In this document: in pieces, positions 1-13,630 of the stretch | How positions within the stretch are numbered: position 1 is the stretch's first letter | Layout: each line of letters starts with the position of its first letter | IMG/VR virus record: IMGVR_UViG_3300022660_000081 | Span: 2,500-66,499 of that record | Reading direction: 5' to 3' (one strand) | Length of the DNA: 64,000 nucleotides | Origin: a virus | Taxonomy: Duplodnaviria > Caudoviricetes | Translations under genes and position numbers: made by a program | The notes under the pieces: model-generated | The model's database searches: none | Told to the model about the DNA's origin: nothing | Seen by the model: the letters and a program-made list of their open reading frames with translations, nothing else

Positions 1-2354
1 TCTATCTCTCAAGCGCCAAATCAAACTGTCCTTTGCATATTCTTCCAAGCATTAGATAGCTGTGGCATCTCTGCAACTGCTCATACTGATTGACTTCAAG
101 CCTCTTGTTGCCTTAATAGTCTGATGTAGTTTTCAACATCTCTAGCAGTAGCCTTTTGTCTTAATAATTCAAGAATTTGCTCTATTTCTCACGCCTTTGA
201 TGGATAAAATCAAGCTAAGAAAGAATATCAAGCATTTTTGTTTTCCATTCATAATAGATATCACTGAGCAACTATCTCACTATCTATATTTTTAGGTAGA
301 TAATTTTCATTTTTTAATATATCTATTACTGCAATAGCATCATCTTTGCTCATCTTTTGTCAAACATCTTGTATGTCTAAAGCCCTTTTCCAAGCTCATA
401 CATCTCAAGCTTCATATCTTCACTCTTTAACTCAAAGACGTGTTTTGGCTATATTAAGTAGGTTCTTCTTTTTGTATATTTCGTTTCACAAGTCTTTAAC
501 ATCTTTAGGCATATCTAATTCCCAGTTGTCTAATCACTCTATAAGCTTCTGAGTTTGTTTTTCGTAAACATTCCATTGAGTTCATTTAGTAGCATTTCTA
601 ACTCATTGCTTAATTAGATATTGGCTTCACTTATTAAGTCAAATTCAGTATCACTCTAATATACTATCTACATTTTCTTGTATAGCATCTCATAATCATT
701 TACCATCCTCGTTCTTGATTTTGTTAAGGTTTTTCTTGTTTGCAATCTTAACCTTATATTTATCTCACTCCTTAACTAAATCTAGCATAGGGGCTTTTCA
801 TTCTCCCCAAGATACAGCTCATTGATTTTCTAGTTCTGTGAATTTATCATTTATCTCCTTGAAAAATCATCTTTCTGGTACTTTCTCAGTTAGTCAAGAT
901 ATCTTTTCCTCGTATTGCTTTCATAAATTAGTTACGTCCTTCTCTATATTCTCTATAGCCTTAACTCATTTTTCTCATAGCCATTTAGCTCAAAGTCATC
1001 TAGCTTCTGGGTTTTTGGCTTCTTCTTTTGCGAATTTCCATAACCCCTCTAGTGTGTCTGCATCCATATTCTTTAATGCGTTTTCTACTCTTTCTGGAAG
1101 CGTAGATAGAAACTTTCTAACTACCTTGTTGTTAGATTTTCAACTTTGAGCGTTAATCTCTTTTATATATTTAGCTAGAGCTGGGCTTCTAGTAATTCAA
1201 CTAACTAATAGATTTATAATTCATACATCAGATATGTCTTCTCATTTCAATCAATCTCACTGTAATCATTCTAATGCAGCATATTCTAAAGTGTTAACTA
1301 TACTATCAATTCAAGCAGATGCTATAGTATTTAGAACTGGTTGCATAGTATCTATTACTACCTCTTTTGTTATTGGCATAGATATGTATGTAATAAGCTC
1401 TGCAAGAGTATCTCATATCAATGCGCCTTTAGAACTCTCTATATCATCTTTTGTTAATATTCATTCCTTTAGCTTGTTATTTATTGCTTGAGTTGTTGTT
1501 TTGTGTACGTTCTTTTCAAAGTTCTTATATTCGTCTATACTCCCAACAAATCAATTTGACAATGCTTTATCATATCATTCATATAATTGTCTTTTGTTAA
1601 CTCATCACATATTTGTAGCATCTAATTTAGCGTCTTCTCCTAAAGTTCAAGCCTTATATTTCCTATATTCTTCATCAGATGCTGTGTCCCATACTTTATG
1701 ATAAGTGTCGTACATTTTCTCATCCATCCATTTACCTAATTTGCTTTCTCATAACGCACCAGCTCATCTAACTCACATAGCTGGTAAAAAACTACCGAAG
1801 GCGGCAACTCATTTGGCAGCCTCTGGCTCTCATCATTCGAAAAGGTTTTCCTTCTTATCTTGCTTAACTCAGTATGGGTTTGTTATATTTCAGCTTATGT
1901 CTTCTAGGTATTCGAACACATTAGTGGCAACTCATCACTTTTGGATATAGTCGTCTATAGCCCAAGCTTTGTCTGGACTATTAAATCTATAATATGTCTT
2001 CATCTTCTCCAAAGTTCAAGGCAAGTCTTTACTTGCGTTTATAATCTGTTCTGGGGTGAATTTAGGCTGTCATTTATCATTCACCTTTTTAGAGGCATTA
2101 TCTAAGTATAAATCTATAAGCTTGCTAGTTCTAACATTGAATGCGTCCTCGGCTGGTCTTCAAGTCTTTAAGGCTCAGCTTGATATGGACTTTCTAATGT
2201 TTGACCTATCAGAGAAATATTGATTTAATTTAGTGGCGTTGTTATTAGCCGTATCAACCTCCTCTTGTTTGATAATATCAGATACACTAACTGCTCTTGG
2301 TTGTATTGACGCAGTTTGTTTCTGACTTAATATATCTTTTAGTGATTGTGCCAT
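1..2354 (-). CDS. Phage A large internal virion/ejection protein (3' end lies outside the window)
   Basis: ATG at 2354. Long frame when TGA=Gly (MAQSLKDILSQKQTASIQPRAV...). Follows another ejection-type gene at the end of a podovirus-like late operon. Confidence 0.6.
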
Positions 2355-2371
2355 AATAATTAAATAATGAA

Positions 2372-5275
2372 TTAAATCTCGCTAGGTCAACTTGTAGAGT
2401 ACGAACTGTAATCTATGTCGGCATAGAATGGTGAATTATCTTCTTTGTATGCGTTCCATCTTCAAGCGTTTTCTCACTGCATAATCATATTAGATGCAGA
2501 TGATTTATAAAAGTTTGTAGGAAGTTTTCATCATCATTCTTCTACTGCTGTTGATAGTGCATATATTAAATTCTCAAGATTTTTTTGGAACACATCTCAA
2601 CTCTGATTTCGGTCTAATAAGTTCGCAGCACTAGCCAATAATTTCCATTCTCACTCTGACATAGCTCAGTATGTAGCTCATTGCGCCTTTGTTTCTATTA
2701 GCTTTTGTAAAGTTTCTCTGTTATTAAGAGCGTCGAAGTATGATTTTGCATCATATTGCTTTGTGGTTGGTATGTAACTATATAGCTTACTGAGTAATCA
2801 CGCCTGCACATTTCATCAGCGAAACATATCATTCACAATACTAGACCGATTTCGTAAATCTCCACCTTCAAATTTAGACTTATTTCAATTTATGTATTCG
2901 TATAATTCTATCGCAGCCTCTAGGGAATTAGAAACCGAATTAACATACTTATCTTTCATTCAAGTCCTTGCATAATTTGTGGCTTGTGCAGTAAAGTCGT
3001 ACCAACTAATTCATAATGGCGCATATCTAGCTTCTATATCAGATTTATCGTAATCTTTAGGACTTGCGAGATATGCTTCATAATCTTTTATAAATGTATC
3101 TAAATATCAATCACTGTTCCATCAAGCAAGATTTCCAAATTTAGTATTTTGGTTTGATGCAGTATCTCATTGATTGTAATAAGCCATTTTTGTAATATCT
3201 CATCATTCGTGTTGCAGCATCTTTAATATTAAGGCCTCCTTTTCTTCTCTGTCCATATTTTTCCATTTTTCGTTTGTCATTCATAAATCTTTGGCATAAC
3301 TCCAAGCACTAAATACGTTTTGCTTTGCATTATTTGCAACTCATCTATCTATTAATTCTATCGTCTTGTCTATAGGGTCACCAATCAATTTAGCTGTATA
3401 ATACGTGTGCGTAACTCAGTTTTCATCAGTAGATGTAAAACTATCTCACTGGACGTAATCTACTCATTCAATACCTCATAACTGTTTTGCATAAGCTGTA
3501 ATCATAGCTGTTGGGTTATTATTTCTTTCCGTTCTCATAGTTCACAAACCAGTTGCCGTTCAAATAACAGATGTATTAACTGGCGTAAATTCTCAAGTGT
3601 TATAGTCATATTGATATAATGTATCTCAAACCTTAACAGTATATGGCTCAGCTGAGCTTAATTGCTTGTATGCTGGCTTTGACTTTAATGGTGTCATAAA
3701 GTTTTCTTCCAAAGCCTTACTTAAACTAATTCACTTATTTTGTGCATAAGCTATTACATCATTAATAACTTGTGCCATAGGTCTTTCGATTATGCTTCAG
3801 TATTGTTGATATATAGGAGATAATACGCTTTCAAGAGCCATCTGTTTCTGTGTATATGTTCATTTGTCTGCTTGGTCTAATGTTACGTTAGTAGCAGCAT
3901 ATTGAGCTTGTGCCAATTCAGACATTCACTGTGGAGAATATTGATAATACATTCCATAGTCCTTCTGAAGCTGTGCAATAGTGTCAGCCCCAGCTTTATT
4001 CATCTCAAACCTCTCATCTTGCATATAATCTACATAACCTTGATATCTAGTCATCTCAACTAAGTTGTTCTCCTTTTCTCTTAGTAAGTCTGAGTTGATA
4101 TCTTGTGCCATAGCCATAAGTGTTCACTTAGAGGCTCAAGGGTATCTTTCTACTAAGTCATCGTAAGAGTGTTTAACTATGTTATCTATCTCTACGTTTC
4201 TAGCAGCAAGGTCTGCCAATTCTTTAAGATATTTATTTTCTTCTTCGGATGCGTAATGTTCTCTACGGTCATCTACTAGGTTTCCATCTTTATCAACTAA
4301 TAGTCAATTAGCTTTAAGCCATTCAATTACTTTCCCAGTAGAAGTATCGCCACTATCTCCATTCATAGAGTTTATAGTATCTAATGCTGCTTCATCTTTT
4401 ATTTTGTCTTCTGCTTTAGCTTTAGCATCCATTACCTCAGCATATCTCTGGGGGTCTGAATATTTAAGGTAAGTTATATAACTATCTGGAACTTTTCATC
4501 AAGCAAGCATATTTCCTATATCGTCAGATGTATAGTTATCTAACTGATTATACATCTTTCTATTCTTGTAGTAGTCCATAAGGAACTTCTCTTGTTCTGG
4601 AGTTCTTCCTTTTCAGTCTATAAAGAAGTTTCTGAAAGCATCTTCTGAAGCAAATAAGTCTGGGTTAGTTATAGCAAAACTATCAACATTATCTGCTATT
4701 TGCTTCATTCTTTCTGGGCTATTATCTTGATAGTCCCATTCTCATTGTTTAGGAGTTTCTCCTTCAGTTTTAGGAGTTTCTTGTGTAGGCTGTGATTTAA
4801 TTGTTAATCATTTAGCGGCTAGACTTTGTTTAAGATTAGGACTTTGTTGCAAATATTTCTGCTGGTCTTCATAGCTTAGATTGTTCCAGAAGTTAGCTAA
4901 ATCTGGACTAGCAGCTTTAGTAGTTTCTACTTTAGGAGTTTCTACTTTTGTAGTTCAAGTAGTTGTTCAAGTAGTACCAGCTGAAGTTCATTTCTTCTCA
5001 TAGTATTGAGTTTGTGGGTTATAGTAATAATCTCACTCTCATTGATTAGTATAAGAACTGGTTTTAGTACCAGTAGTTCAACTTCATTGGTATTCTGGTT
5101 TAGCTACATTTGTAGAAGTAGTAGAAGTTTTAGGAGTAGAAGCTTTTGCTTGCTCTGCTTGATAGTCTTTAAGGAATTGTTGTACATTTCATCAAGTCTG
5201 CTGAGCAAACTGTTGCTTTTGTGTATCATTTAAAGCTTCATAGGCAGTCTTAATCTTATTATAGTCGTATGCCAT
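2372..5275 (-). CDS. Phage A ejection/DNA-pilot protein, 967 aa, with a putative lysozyme-like region
   Basis: Read as one frame with TGA=Gly; includes track fragment 3926..4117. Thr/Lys-rich N-terminus, internal NNPTAM...DYVQGDSF...TAKLIGDP...WSY segment, C-terminal GAMSEGEWKLLASAA motif typical of ejection proteins. Confidence 0.65.
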
Positions 5276-5374
5276 CTATATTAATTTAAGGTTTAAATTT
5301 CCCTTTTATTCTTGGGAGTTTTTAACTGTAATATTGGAATTTTCAAGCATTTTGTTGTTATTTTGTATTGACTT

Positions 5375-5875
5375 TTAAGCATTAGTATTTCGTTGTCAGT
5401 ATACTCAAGTTATACTCGTAATTGTAGTTCAAGTAACCCAGCAACTTATCCTAGCCCAATATGTTCATACATAAGTAGCGCCAAATCTGATAGCTTGGTC
5501 TGGAATATAATAACAGGGCGTAAAGAAAAGATTTATATTTTTGCTGTATGGGGTATATTTACACTTGACACAGACAAACTCTCAATTCAATGCCCTCTCA
5601 ACTACTGGTTGCCATTCATCTATGCTATCCCATTGTGATATTTCTACTATTTCGGCTCATCATCATCAAGCTCATCATATAATGCTTGTTTTTGCTATCA
5701 ACTTAGGCTCATTTATTCAAGGTATAACAGTTGCCATACCAGTAGTCGTTTGGTTGTTGGCATTTATCTCTGCAAATAAGTCTTTTGTTTGCTCAGAATT
5801 TATGTTATAATCTATAACATTACTTGGGTCTTTCCTTTCCTCTCATACATAATTAAATCAGATTTCTTCTGCCAT
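5375..5875 (-). CDS. Phage A virion protein, 166 aa, with a Gly-rich linker
   Basis: MAEEIGFNYVGEERKDP...; the run TGA TGA GCT TGA TGA TGA TGA reads GGAGGGG; start overlaps the upstream stop. Confidence 0.65.
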
Positions 5876-7386
5876 TAGTCTAGCATATCGTTATAGTATA
5901 AATCTGCACTATATAAGTTTGTATCTTTAGTCTTTATAGTTCATCATTCAGTCCATTTACAGTTAGTTATTACAAACTTAAATTGTATCCGCTGAAATCT
6001 GCAATTAAGCTTAAGACTTGTAGCAAATGGGCTTCTCATATCACTATCCCTAGTTAATCATCAAGGTTGTGTTAATTCGTGCCATCACCAATTCTCTGGG
6101 TTATCGTCAGTTGCATCAGCCTCAGTTCTATAATATATTTTTATATTTCCAGTATAATCAGTTCAGTTGTAAGTAACCTTAGGAATGTGATAACCAACTC
6201 TCAAATACATACTCTGTTTAATCTCAGACATAGATGTTCAATAGTAACACATTGTCTGTATTTCTCAACTTTCCGCAAGTCAACTACCAATTCATACAGC
6301 AGCTTTTGTGTAAACTCAGCTATTATATATTCTATTCCTACTTATCATTATATAATCTTCGTTTACTCATATTGCTCACATAGTTCATTTACCTTCTACT
6401 TTATGCCATAAATTAAGAACGTCGGCATAGTTCTTGTTTTTGGCTCAATAGATATATATTCAGTCATTTGCGACAAAGTATAATTTATCATCAAATACTA
6501 CCATACCATTTCTAGTAGAGCTATTTATTTCTGCATCTGTTTTTTTAAGTAAATAATACTGATATCAGTTTAATAATCATAGTCACTTATTGCTTAATAA
6601 ATAATGATATCAGTTATATATACAGCTTTGTACAATATGGTATCATTCAAGATATATTACTTCCGTTGGTGCGTTACTAACCTTATCCCAAAGCAATACC
6701 TCAGCTCAATATGGAGAGTTATTTGCAGTTACCCTTACGTAAGCCCCAAGTTCATCTATAAACATAATATAGTATTCTTTTTGCACCGAAAATCAGTCTT
6801 GTAACACATTCCAAACCTCTCTATTTACTATTCTTAATTTATCTCAATCTCACACACATAATACTGTGCTAGTTCAGTATAATGGGTGGTGTCAAGCACT
6901 CGTGAATTGTGTAGCACATCTTCCATAATTTACGTAACTTGCATCGGTTGAACTAGCCATATTTCACCGATTAAGTCAATTATCTATCTTATAATATAAA
7001 TAATCTTTTGTGGATACGTATATATATCAGTTGAATATTTCCAAATCTCTAATGGTTTCTGACATAGTACACAATAATTTAACACCATTTATATTATTCA
7101 CTAAATAGATTTTAGTGTTTGTACAAACTATCCAACCAGAATAATCTCAATCACCCTCTTTGGAGTATGTTATATTTACTATATTTTGCTCGGTATCTGG
7201 TATCTCAAATTTTTTGTTTGGGTCAGCATAAGCTGGTACTCATTTAGGATAAATACTTTTTGCATCCTCTCTAATCTCCATATCATTTGAGAAATAGAAA
7301 GAGTTTTTAATACCAGTAAAGGGGTCGTCTGATAGACCTCAGTTAGCTCATCTAAATATTGGTCAGATTTTAGTATTGTCAGCCAT
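5875..7386 (-). CDS. Phage A head-closure/tail tubular protein (P22 gp10-like), 503 aa
   Basis: MADNTKIGPIFRGANGGLSDDPFTG...; size and position after the adaptor gene. Confidence 0.55.
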
Positions 7387-7388
7387 AA

Positions 7389-8273
7389 TTAGTAATTAAG
7401 AAAGTTTAAATCTGGAAAGTATGCCGTATCGGCAAGTTGTCATCTATCAACTATATTCTGGATAGCTTTGTTCTTCTCACTATCATAGAAGGCTCTACTA
7501 TTATTTCTAGCAGTTTCAAAGTTAACTCACATATTACCATACATCCAATATTTAAGTCATTCAACTATTATATAATGCCATCTTTTGTCAATAAAGATAT
7601 TCTCCTCCTTATCTGTAATTTCTACATCGTAAGCATCAATAGTTCAAGCTAATGTAGTTCATTGGAAATCTTCATAAGCATTTCAAGTAGTAGGCTCTAA
7701 GCTATTTGTATAGATAATACTACCAATGCTTTCCCAAGCATAAGGGTATGGTGTTCATTTAGCATCATTATCTGGACTTCTTGTATAGTCGTGACTATTT
7801 ACTGTAATAGTCCAAATGTTTGGTTGAAGTAATGGGTTATAATCAAATCACCAAATCTCCAATATTGTGCTTTCCTTTGGTGCTGGAATTAAATTAAGCT
7901 CTGTTCTCGTTATGAAACAAGCAAGTGGCTCTTTTAACTCTGTTAAACGGTTTAAATCTACTTTGTCAACGAAATGAACTGGTAAATCTCTCCATTTTCA
8001 GTCTGGTTTTTTTATCCACGCAGCTTGTATCTTGTGCATAGGGAACTTTTCAGACATAATTCAAGGAGTTTCTGTGAAAGTATATTGAACTTGTCCTCAT
8101 ACTACTGGTATTTGTAGTACGTCGTATCAATATCAACTATCAGAGTTCCTTATGTCTGCTCAGAAGTCTTCTATAATGAAATTAAGGAACTTGTAAGCCT
8201 CATCTGTGGTTACAATGTCCTCAGTACATCAAGTCTGTCTTCTTGCTAATGATATTATTTCACTTGGTTTCAT
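7389..8273 (-). CDS. Phage A head-tail adaptor (P22 gp4/tubular A-like), 294 aa
   Basis: MKPSEIISLARRQTGCTEDIVTTDEAYKFLN...; directly follows the capsid gene. Confidence 0.55.
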
Positions 8274-8354
8274 TAAGGTTGTTTTAGATATAAAGCCATC
8301 CTCTTAGGGTCGCCAGCTGCACGAGGCAGCCAGCTATTTAAGAGAATGAGGGGT

Positions 8355-9515
8355 TTAAGCAACCAATACGTCAATACATCTCTTAGCACCTTCAGTGAAT
8401 GTCTTAATTCCGTACAAAGTCCAACAAAGATAGTTGTAACCAGTCTTTTTAGGCTCTTTGTTCTTTTGAACTGCAACATCTTTCTGAATAACCATATCAG
8501 AACATCCGTATTGTCCAGCCCAACAGTGTGCAACTTCTCCTCCTAGAGTAACTCCAGATTGAGAGTAAGCAACGTGTCCAGCTGTGATGATTTCTACGTC
8601 ACTTCCATTAGCAACTGCTTTAGCATTTACTCAAAGTAATTTTGCTCTGTCAGCAGCTGAGAACTCAACGTAATCTCCAGCAGTTCCCATTACTCCGTTA
8701 ATCATTCCGATTAAAGCAGCAGCAGATGGTTTACATTGTCCAGCAGCAGCAGGTGCAGCAGCGAAAGTAATTTTAGCACCGTTGATAGTTAATGTATCAG
8801 CAGCAGCCAAAGAAGAAACTGTAACTAAGTTAGAGTGAGCTACATTGTTAGAAACAAAGATATTGAAGTTACCCCAAGTTCCTAAGTATCCCATTCCTTT
8901 AAGTGTTCCTCTTAAAGCAGCATCAGCTTGTTGGAAACCGTTAACTAAGTTAGTTTGTTGGATGTTAGCTTTAACATCTGGAGTAATAACGAAGAACCAA
9001 GGTTTAGTATCTTCGATGTCGTTTGCATTCATTTTAGCCTCTGTAAGAGTGAATAATTTGAACGCATTAGCAACAGATACAGTTACTGGGTTTCCAGCAG
9101 TTCCTCACATATCTCCATCATCCATAGTGTATTCTGCATTTAATACTTCTTGTAAGAAAGCACCATCGATATCTTTCTTCAAAGCATAAGTCATACGGTC
9201 GATGTATTTGTTAGCAGCATCGTATTTATTCTGTTTAACATCGATTTCATCGATATATACAGTAGCTTCTTTTGATTTATTTACAACTAAGTATTCGTCA
9301 GTTGCAGATACATCTTGAACTGTAACATCAGTTCCTTTAACGTAGTTATTAACTACTACATCTGAATAATATGGTCTATGTACCATATCTCCATCTCTTA
9401 AGACAGCTTGTTCTTCCATTGAAGCTATCTCTCTAGCGATTAACTTCTTTTTAAGAAGTCTTTGTGTCCTAGCACTTCGGTACTCTGGACTAAAAGCATC
9501 TAAATTGTTTGCCAT
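8355..9515 (-). CDS. Phage A major capsid protein (P22-coat/N4-gp56-like), 386 aa
   Basis: Joins track fragments 9105..9515 and 8631..9032 through TGA. N-terminal AFSPEY(CGA=W)SA matches the common PExWS capsid motif. Strongly biased high-expression codon usage. Confidence 0.85.
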
Positions 9516-9548
9516 TGTTTGATATAAATAGGGTTAAAACGGTTTGGA

Positions 9549-10226
9549 CTATTTAATGTATCCAGCCGCAGCTCTTTCAGTCTTTGCCATTCCATCACTC
9601 CAAGCTAAGAAGTCATCATCACTCATAGAATTAAAGTCTTCTTGGCTCTTAGGGGTCTTGATAACCTCTTGTGGCTTAGCAACTCCAGTAAGAGTAGCAC
9701 CAGATTGTGACTTGTGTCTATACTGTTCGTCCAATAACAGTGTAGGGTCGTTTTGTGCAGCATATAATTGAAATGCCTCACTATACGATAAGTCCTTTTC
9801 GGCTCTTATCTTTTCAATACCTTCTTCGTGTCATTTGGCACTAGGGTATTTCTCATAGAAGTCAGCTTTTTCTTTTTCGGCTTCCTTCTGAAGTTCTTGT
9901 GCAGCTATACCTTCTTCTAGTTCTTTAATTCTAGCTTCTAGGTCAGCTGTGTCTTTAGCTTGAGCTTGTAGTCTTTCAACTTCTGCTCTTGCTTCATTCC
10001 TTTGTTTTAGGAGTTTCATAACGGAAGATTGTTTTTCTGTAGTGGTATCAGCTTTAGGTTGTTCCTTAGGCTGTTCTACAACTTCTTCCTTAACTTCCTC
10101 AGCTGGTTGTTCAGCTGTTTCTTGAGCTTGTGTTACTTCTTCGGCTTCTTGCTCGTCAGCTTGAGCCTCTAACTGCTCAATAGTCCCATCCAATTCAGCT
10201 TGGATGAGTTCGTCTTGTGTTGGCAT
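9549..10226 (-). CDS. Phage A scaffolding protein, 225 aa
   Basis: Joins 9831..10226 and 9549..9734 through TGA; Glu/Gln/Ala coiled coil; directly upstream of the capsid gene. Confidence 0.75.
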
Positions 10227-10346
10227 AATCGTAACAATTAAAGTATAAAATGTGCCTTATACTAGGGCGAAGGAGTTACAATTATATGTAGGTGCATAAC
10301 TAGGCTTGCTATACACCCCATATAATACCCTCGACTTGTATATCTA

Positions 10347-10868
10347 TTAAAGACCGTTAAGCTCTAAGCTACTTAGAGCATCAATTTGTTCTTGAACTTC
10401 TGCCTCCCTTGTAGCTTCTTCTTGCTGTTCCTTAACTTTAAGTTCCTCAGCAAGCTTAGAAGGTAAGTTCTCAAAGCATTCTATCCATCGGTTTTCAGCT
10501 CTGTATAAGTCTTCAGTTGTGTATGCGTCTTCATAAACTATATTATCTAACTTATACTCGTGTGTTTTACCAAGAAGCCTATTTATTCTCCAGTTCATAG
10601 ATTTCTCTAAGTCTGCAACCAAAGCTTCTCTAGTTTCTTTGTCCTTTACTTTTAGACCTCAGATTAACTCACTAATGAATTTAATCTCGTGTCTAATCAT
10701 ATCGGCTTCTGAATAGTAAGCAGTTCCAATTACATCTCATTCATCTCATTTCATTCACTCTAATAAGATTTTGTTTTGTTCCTCCTTACTTTCTCTTAGC
10801 TTAGCAACAGCTTTTTCCCATTCTTTGCTGTCTTTAAGGCTCTCGAGTTTAATAATTAATTCCTTCAT
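10347..10868 (-). CDS. Phage A hypothetical protein, 173 aa
   Basis: ATG at 10868 reads through TGA into track fragment 10347..10622. Confidence 0.7.
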
Positions 10869-10894
10869 TCTCTATATATTAGTAATATAAAAGC

Positions 10895-11080
10895 TTATTC
10901 AGTTGGAGTTTCTGTTTCAGTTGGAGTTTCTGTAGGCGTTTCAGTTGGTGTTTCTGTAGGCGTTTCTGTAGGTGTTTCAGTTGGAGTTTCTGTAGGCATA
11001 AGGTAATCTACTTCTGCTCTTTGTGCTGTTTGTACAGCTGGTATCCCCCACTGTCTTCTCTTTACTTCTTTCTTAAGCAT
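10895..11080 (-). CDS. Phage A 61-aa protein with a (PTET)n tail
   Basis: ORF track; 12-bp tandem units at ~10898-10998 encode PTET repeats; AT-rich leader upstream. Confidence 0.65.
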   Translation of the reverse strand: MLKKEVKRRQWGIPAVQTAQRAEVDYLMPTETPTETPTETPTETPTETPTETPTETETPTE

Positions 11081-11098
11081 TGTTAGTTACATTAAAGA

Positions 11099-13063
11099 TT
11101 AAATAATAGATGCAGCAGTAGCACTAGACTGTCAAGGTATCAAGTCTTGTCTTGATACGATGTTTTTATCAGCACTCTGCATAGCTTGTGACATTGCTAT
11201 ATTACTTGAGCTATTAGCCATCTCTGTGAATTGTGGGTTAACTTGCTGTTGTAAAGGCATTTTAACCATAGCATTTCTAAGAGCTTGTAATACAACGTCT
11301 TTAGCTTTAGTATTCTCAGCTTTCTGGAAGTAAACCCAGAAAGTTCTAAGGTATTCTTGTGGGTATTGGAATATAGATTTAGGCACAACATTAAGATTTA
11401 TCATCTCTACGAAGTTAATAGCCACAGTTTCATCATTTTCTAATGGAACTAGCACATTAATCTCGTTAGGTGTCTTTCCATTTACCCTATAACACATTCT
11501 TTGAGCTATTCTCTTACTTACATCTGGTGTAGATGGGTTGTTTAGCATCATTCATAGGTATTTATCCCAGAATATTTGCTCTTTTTCGTTCTTAGACTGT
11601 AAATCAGCCTTAGTTCAAAGTATAATGTGTGGAATTTGTTTAGTGAAGAAGTCATCTTTTCTCAAAGTTAGAGATTTTATCTCAAAGTTAGATACGATAA
11701 CTGCACTTTTCTCATCAACTTCAGAGAAATTCTCTTGATAACCTTTCCACCATTCAAACCAAAACCTTTTATCTCCCCAAGCATTAACTTTATTGTTAAG
11801 TAAACCAATAATGTTAGAGTTTGCTTGTGCTATTTGGCTCTCTGTGGCAGTTGTTCTACCTCCAGATACGATACCCTGCTGTAAACTATCTATATTTGTA
11901 TCGTGCATAGCCTCATTTTCAAGAGATGTAATCATATTAAGGCTATCAGCTTTGATTTGGCTTCTTGGCAACTCCATTCCAACATTAGATAAGTTCTCCA
12001 TAGTATCAACAAAGATGTTTCTACCATTAGTTGTTGGTTTAAGGATGTCGTCTTTATTCTTTATAAGTCTTGAGTTCCAGATGAAATCTCCACCTAGAGC
12101 TTCTTTCTTGGCTTTAATTATGTTTAAGTTGAATAATATTGTCTTTGCGATTTGTTTATCATCCAATTTATCACATACACTCTCTCCAAATGGGTCATTT
12201 CTTCTTGGTTTCCAGTAGTTTAAGATAATAGGAAACTCTATCATATCTGGGTTTTTCTTTTCCTCCTTTAATATAGGCTCTAATTCCTTTATTCTTAATA
12301 CAGTTCTTCTTGCATTTGTAAGAGTAACTATGTATTTCTTACCATTGAAGTTAGTAAAGTGATGATAAACATCTAAAGAGAAGTTAGTCTTTAGGTCATC
12401 ACAACAAGTTGGCATTACATAATTGTAAGCTGAAGCATAAGCTACCCAGTTTTGCTGTGTTTCTGGACTAAAGTATGCTCATACTACCTTATCTAACTGC
12501 TCTTTGTCGTAGCTTCCGTCTTCTATTAAGTCCATCATAGTAGTTGTGAACTCAAATCAGTGAAATCTGTATCAAGTTCAATCGAAACTACCAGTTTGAG
12601 AAGGTATAGGGTCTGGTATCCAACTTAGAGGGTTGATAACCATAAATTTAGGCATCTTCCTAACATCGTCCCAACCATATCTATATCTAATTCAAACTCC
12701 AAAGAAGTACCTATCTTGCTCTTTTTGATAATATAACTGCTGATAATCTTGTTCGTTATTATCGAACTCTGCCATATAATTAAGATTATCTGCTTTATCG
12801 GCAGACATCCAACCATCAGCTGAGGCGAAATTAACAGTTAATCAGTCAGTATAAGATGATGCAATAAGAGTATCAATAGAGTTTGCTATCATATTGATAT
12901 TGATTTTGTTTGGGTCTTTTGCTTGTTTGTCCCATCTGATAACTCTATCTCTATATTGGTTTCTCTTATTTACAACATAATCAAACCCAGCTTGATATTC
13001 TCTATCAATTTGGGCTAAGAGCTTATCTTGGTCTTCTTGGCTTAATACTTCGGAAATCTTCAT
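11099..13063 (-). CDS. Phage A portal protein (P22-like), 654 aa
   Basis: Joins 12842..13063, 11615..12415 and 11132..11551 through TGA; PIILNYWKPRRNDPFGESVCD segment; lies between TerL and scaffold. Confidence 0.8.
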
Positions 13064-13230
13064 ATTGATTAAGCAATATAAATTCTACTACCACAGTGAT
13101 TAAGTATTATTTATAGTATTTCAAGTATGCTATTGTTTTTATATATTGACATATTCTCAAATAAATCTGAAAACTTTTTTTAAAACTTTTTTTAATTTTC
13201 TCTTGATTTTTTATTTTTTTTCATTATAAA

Positions 13231-13445
13231 GGGAACGACACGAGCAGTAATGCTTGCGGATGGCAAGTTGAAGGGTCTTCGCCATCTCCGTATCTCATCC
13301 TATCGGATACCTCATACGCCAGTGTGTTATGAATGATACGGTGTGCCTAGCTTAAGATAGGTAAACTCTTTATAGGGAGAATTACGACAGATATACACAA
13401 AGTGCAGTATAAAAGTGTATAAAGTAATAGTTTTGGTCGTAATTA
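13231..13445 (+). ncRNA. Putative structured non-coding RNA, family unknown
   Basis: GC-rich island after TTGATT-N16-TATAAA. Helices: CGAGCA-GTAA-TGCTTG, GATGGC/GCCATC, CCGTATC/GATACGG, AATTACGAC/GTCGTAATT. Confidence 0.45.
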
Positions 13446-13630
13446 GCTAAGAAATTAGCGTGGAAATTAAAAAAATTTCTTGCTCTCTATAAAGGGTTTT
13501 GACACCATATCTAAGCCTTTCGTTTCCTATATCCAGTATGTTATAGTTTTAGGAAATTATTTAAAGAATATGATTTATAAGATAATATATAATATAAAGA
13601 ATAAAAAAGTGCGATTTTTTTAATTTTGTC

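Noticed and set aside
346-8546. Plus-strand ORFs in the track over the phage A late operon, and minus-strand ORFs over phage B
   Set aside because: Antisense shadows of real genes; Ser/Leu/Phe-rich with no motifs. The true genes appear fragmented only because TGA was treated as a stop.
13231-13445. tmRNA, RNase P or a suppressor tRNA
   Set aside because: No tRNA-like ends, tag frame, GAGGAAAGUCC-type motif or cloverleaf.
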